From positions 1-64,000 of the forward strand of contig JANOQI010000042.1 in assembly GCA_031414775.1 (NCBI GenBank): a stretch of 64,000 nucleotides of DNA, given 5' to 3'. The notes below the pieces were generated by a model, which saw only the letters and a program-made list of their open reading frames with translations, made no database searches and was not told the DNA's origin. This DNA is from Synechococcales cyanobacterium VAR_4_metabat_354 (GTDB lineage: Bacteria; Cyanobacteriota; Cyanobacteriia; Cyanobacteriales; Chamaesiphonaceae). This document shows, one piece after another, positions 61,612-64,000 of the stretch. Positions within the stretch are counted from its first letter, which is position 1. Each line of letters begins with the position of its first letter. The translations under genes and the position numbers were made by a program.

Positions 61612-62535
61612 ATGGAAATTACCAGCCATGCCACCACAGCTGAACTCTTGAACGAATCACTCACCGTCGCAGACTTTGCTGGGCAGATAATTGAAAAATT
61701 TGTCCACAAAGTCGGGCATCACAAAGCACTGGTTTTACAGGATACTGAACCAGAGCCACTGCACAAGATGCGGGTGGGGTTGCGGCGATTACGCACCGTT
61801 GTACAAGTCTTAGAACCCCTGATTATTTTGCCTGATACTTTTACGAGTAAGGCAATTGGTCGGTTAGCAAATGTGCTGGGAGCAGTCCGGGATTTGGACG
61901 TGATGGGAGAGTTTTTGCGGGAAATAGAGCAAGGACTTCCTGATCGAGAGCAGCACATTTTAAATAAGGTCGCTAATTCCTTGACTCGTCGCCGCCACCA
62001 ATCATTTGATCGCCTGGAGAGGCATTTGGCCAAGGACTATCGGGTGTTGGTGATGGCTGGCCAAAAGTGGGTCTGTCAACCTCAATATCGTTATCCAGCT
62101 GTCGCTACCCAACCAATGGCTGATGTTTTACCGGACTTGCTGCTGCCGATCATTAGCAGTTTTTTCTTACATGGCGGCTGGTGGATCACGGCCACAGATT
62201 TTAGTGATAATCAAGCTATCCTCCACGACTTACGTAAATGTACTAAACGGGTTCGCTATCAAATTGAGTGCTTTTCACCATGTTTGAATGCTGAATTCAC
62301 TCAGCTTTTGTTGCCGCTAGAGGCTAGTCAGGAGTGTTTGGGTCAAATGCAGGATGTGGCGGTTTTGAGTGATTTTATCCGGCAAGAAGTTGGTGAAAAT
62401 CTTGCTAAGAAGCTACCAGTTTTGTTCGATCGACTACACCAAAAAACTGAGCAAGCATGGCAAGATTGGCAACCAATTAGGGTTCAGTTGTGCGATCGAG
62501 ACTGGCGACAATCTTTACGTAAGGCTGTTCTCTAA
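61612..62535 (+). CDS. CHAD domain (polyphosphate-binding) protein
   Basis: LHKMRVGLRRLR, LGAVRDLDV, LHDLRKCTKRVRY, QECLGQMQD. Confidence 0.92.
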   Translation: MEITSHATTAELLNESLTVADFAGQIIEKFVHKVGHHKALVLQDTEPEPLHKMRVGLRRLRTVVQVLEPLIILPDTFTSKAIGRLANVLGAVRDLDVMGEFLREIEQGLPDREQHILNKVANSLTRRRHQSFDRLERHLAKDYRVLVMAGQKWVCQPQYRYPAVATQPMADVLPDLLLPIISSFFLHGGWWITATDFSDNQAILHDLRKCTKRVRYQIECFSPCLNAEFTQLLLPLEASQECLGQMQDVAVLSDFIRQEVGENLAKKLPVLFDRLHQKTEQAWQDWQPIRVQLCDRDWRQSLRKAVL

Positions 62536-64000
62536 GTCGCCTGAATTTACATGTTGTCGTAAGATTTCTAGATTCCGACGAGTTATCTGAGCGCTGGGGT
62601 GATTGATGCCCAAGATGCATTCCGAGATGGCGATTGATCGAACATATAAAGGCTCCGCTTCTGTATATCTACCCATAGATTTATACAACAATGCCAAATT
62701 ATTCAGGCTTTGGGCAGTAGATGGATGGTTCTCACCTAATTGTTTTTCATTGATATCCAATGCTCGAACGTATAAAGGCTCTGCTTCTTGGTATCTTCCT
62801 ATATCTTTATACAATCCTGCTAAATTATTCAGGCTAATAGCAGTAGATGGATGGTTTGCACCTAGTTGTTCTTCACTGATAGCCAGTGCTCGAACGTATA
62901 AAGGCTCTGCTTCTTGGTACCTTCCTACCGATTCATACAAGAATGCTAAATTATTCAGGCTTTGGGCGGTATCTGGATGGTTCGCACCTAGTTGTTCCTC
63001 TCTGATAGCCAGCGCTCGAAGATATAAAGGCTCTGCTTCCTGGTACCTCCCTATATCTTTATACAATCCTGCCAGATTATTCAGACTGGTGGAAGTATTG
63101 GGATGGTTTGTACTTAGTTCTTCTTCAGTTATAGCAAGTGCTTCAACATACAAAAGCTCTGCTTCTTGGTACCTTCCTATATCTTTATACAATCCTGCTA
63201 AATTATTCATGCTTGCAGCAATATCTGAATGATTTGAACCCAACTGTTTTTTAGCTATAGCCAGTGCTCGAACATATAAAGGCTCTGCTTCTGCATATCT
63301 ACCTTGCTCTTGGTAAAGCCTTGCAATTCGAGTCAAAGCTATAACTAAATGTCGAGAAATTGGAATTTGTAGTTGTCCCAGAATTCCCTCAAATTGCAAC
63401 GATAAATCGCGCAAATCTTTTTGCGCTCCCACCTCCGCCAGTGCCTCCAAAGCTGGCAATAGAAAAGTTTCTAGTAACTCATTATCATCAACTCCCGCTT
63501 CTTTGGCGATCTGCAAACGCTGTAATAAATTCTGAGCACGGCGACGGGCATCATCAATATTGGCATAGCTCCCCCCAGCACTCATTACTTCAGTTAACGG
63601 CTGCATTCCATGATCGATCGGCTGATGCTCGGTCAACTGCAACTTAGCAATAAACCAACTAGTAATATCCGGCATCGCAAATAACGACGTATGGGCAAAA
63701 ACCGGAGTCATCCACCAAATTTGGCAGAGAGAATTAGCCACCAACTTATCGCGATTAAAATTCAAAACCCTCATCGCGTCTGGCAAAGGGATTTTATTAC
63801 TAAAAGCATTAGCAAAACCCGTGACTGACAACACTCCCGCTGGTAAACTTTGGGTTTGCGCCAATATCGCCTTCACTACTTCCACTGGTTCCTGTTGAGC
63901 AGGCAGCGCCAATTCATGAAAAGGAATAGATCGATCGCTCAAAGTAACTCTCATCTCTTCAATCACCTGCTGTCGAGAAAACTCTGAAGCATACTCTGCC
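62515..64000 (-). CDS. TPR protein with N-terminal inactive-STAND-like region, 5'-truncated by the window
   Basis: Six 42-aa TPRs (SLNNLAGLYKDIGRYQEAEPLY); frame open to 64000; LNFNRD...IWW...PDITSWF. Confidence 0.88.
   Translation of the reverse strand, partial: AEYASEFSRQQVIEEMRVTLSDRSIPFHELALPAQQEPVEVVKAILAQTQSLPAGVLSVTGFANAFSNKIPLPDAMRVLNFNRDKLVANSLCQIWWMTPVFAHTSLFAMPDITSWFIAKLQLTEHQPIDHGMQPLTEVMSAGGSYANIDDARRRAQNLLQRLQIAKEAGVDDNELLETFLLPALEALAEVGAQKDLRDLSLQFEGILGQLQIPISRHLVIALTRIARLYQEQGRYAEAEPLYVRALAIAKKQLGSNHSDIAASMNNLAGLYKDIGRYQEAELLYVEALAITEEELSTNHPNTSTSLNNLAGLYKDIGRYQEAEPLYLRALAIREEQLGANHPDTAQSLNNLAFLYESVGRYQEAEPLYVRALAISEEQLGANHPSTAISLNNLAGLYKDIGRYQEAEPLYVRALDINEKQLGENHPSTAQSLNNLALLYKSMGRYTEAEPLYVRSIAISECILGINHPSAQITRRNLEILRQHVNSGDLENSLT

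Noticed and set aside
62603..63232. 209-aa plus-strand ORF with 126-nt periodic repeats
   Set aside because: Antisense shadow of the TPR gene

Overview
64-kb segment of a cyanobacterial chromosome (form IB rbcL-rbcX-rbcS, psbD/psbC, chlH, a ccmP-like gene, abundant CGATCG/GCGATCGC HIP1-type sites). Most of it is housekeeping: rimP-nusA-ylxR-infB, leuA, sodB, two class A PBPs, hisA, ilvE and tRNA-Ser(CGA). Small accessory inserts include an IS982 right end, a divergent arsR / aquaporin-arsC module, a DUF433/PIN toxin-antitoxin pair and an iSTAND-like TPR gene cut by the right edge. Four observations stand out. (1) At 41.2-47.1 kb there is a tandemly duplicated small-GTPase signalling locus (V4R, Roadblock/MglB-like, DUF4388/PATAN-like, MglA/CvnD-like GTPase, plus a third DUF4388 gene), with duplicated promoter elements, conserved intercistronic hairpins and a deleted V4R remnant. 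(2) A hidden 14-codon Leu-rich leader ORF (MQCKRQPTGLLLLI) with mutually exclusive terminator/antiterminator pairings lies upstream of leuA, a candidate ribosome-mediated leucine attenuator. (3) psbD and psbC have lost their usual overlap and are separated by a promoter-like element and a hairpin. (4) A coupled operon carries two HisRS-family genes around a long-form hisG. All calls come from motif recognition by eye; no database searches or folding programs were run.
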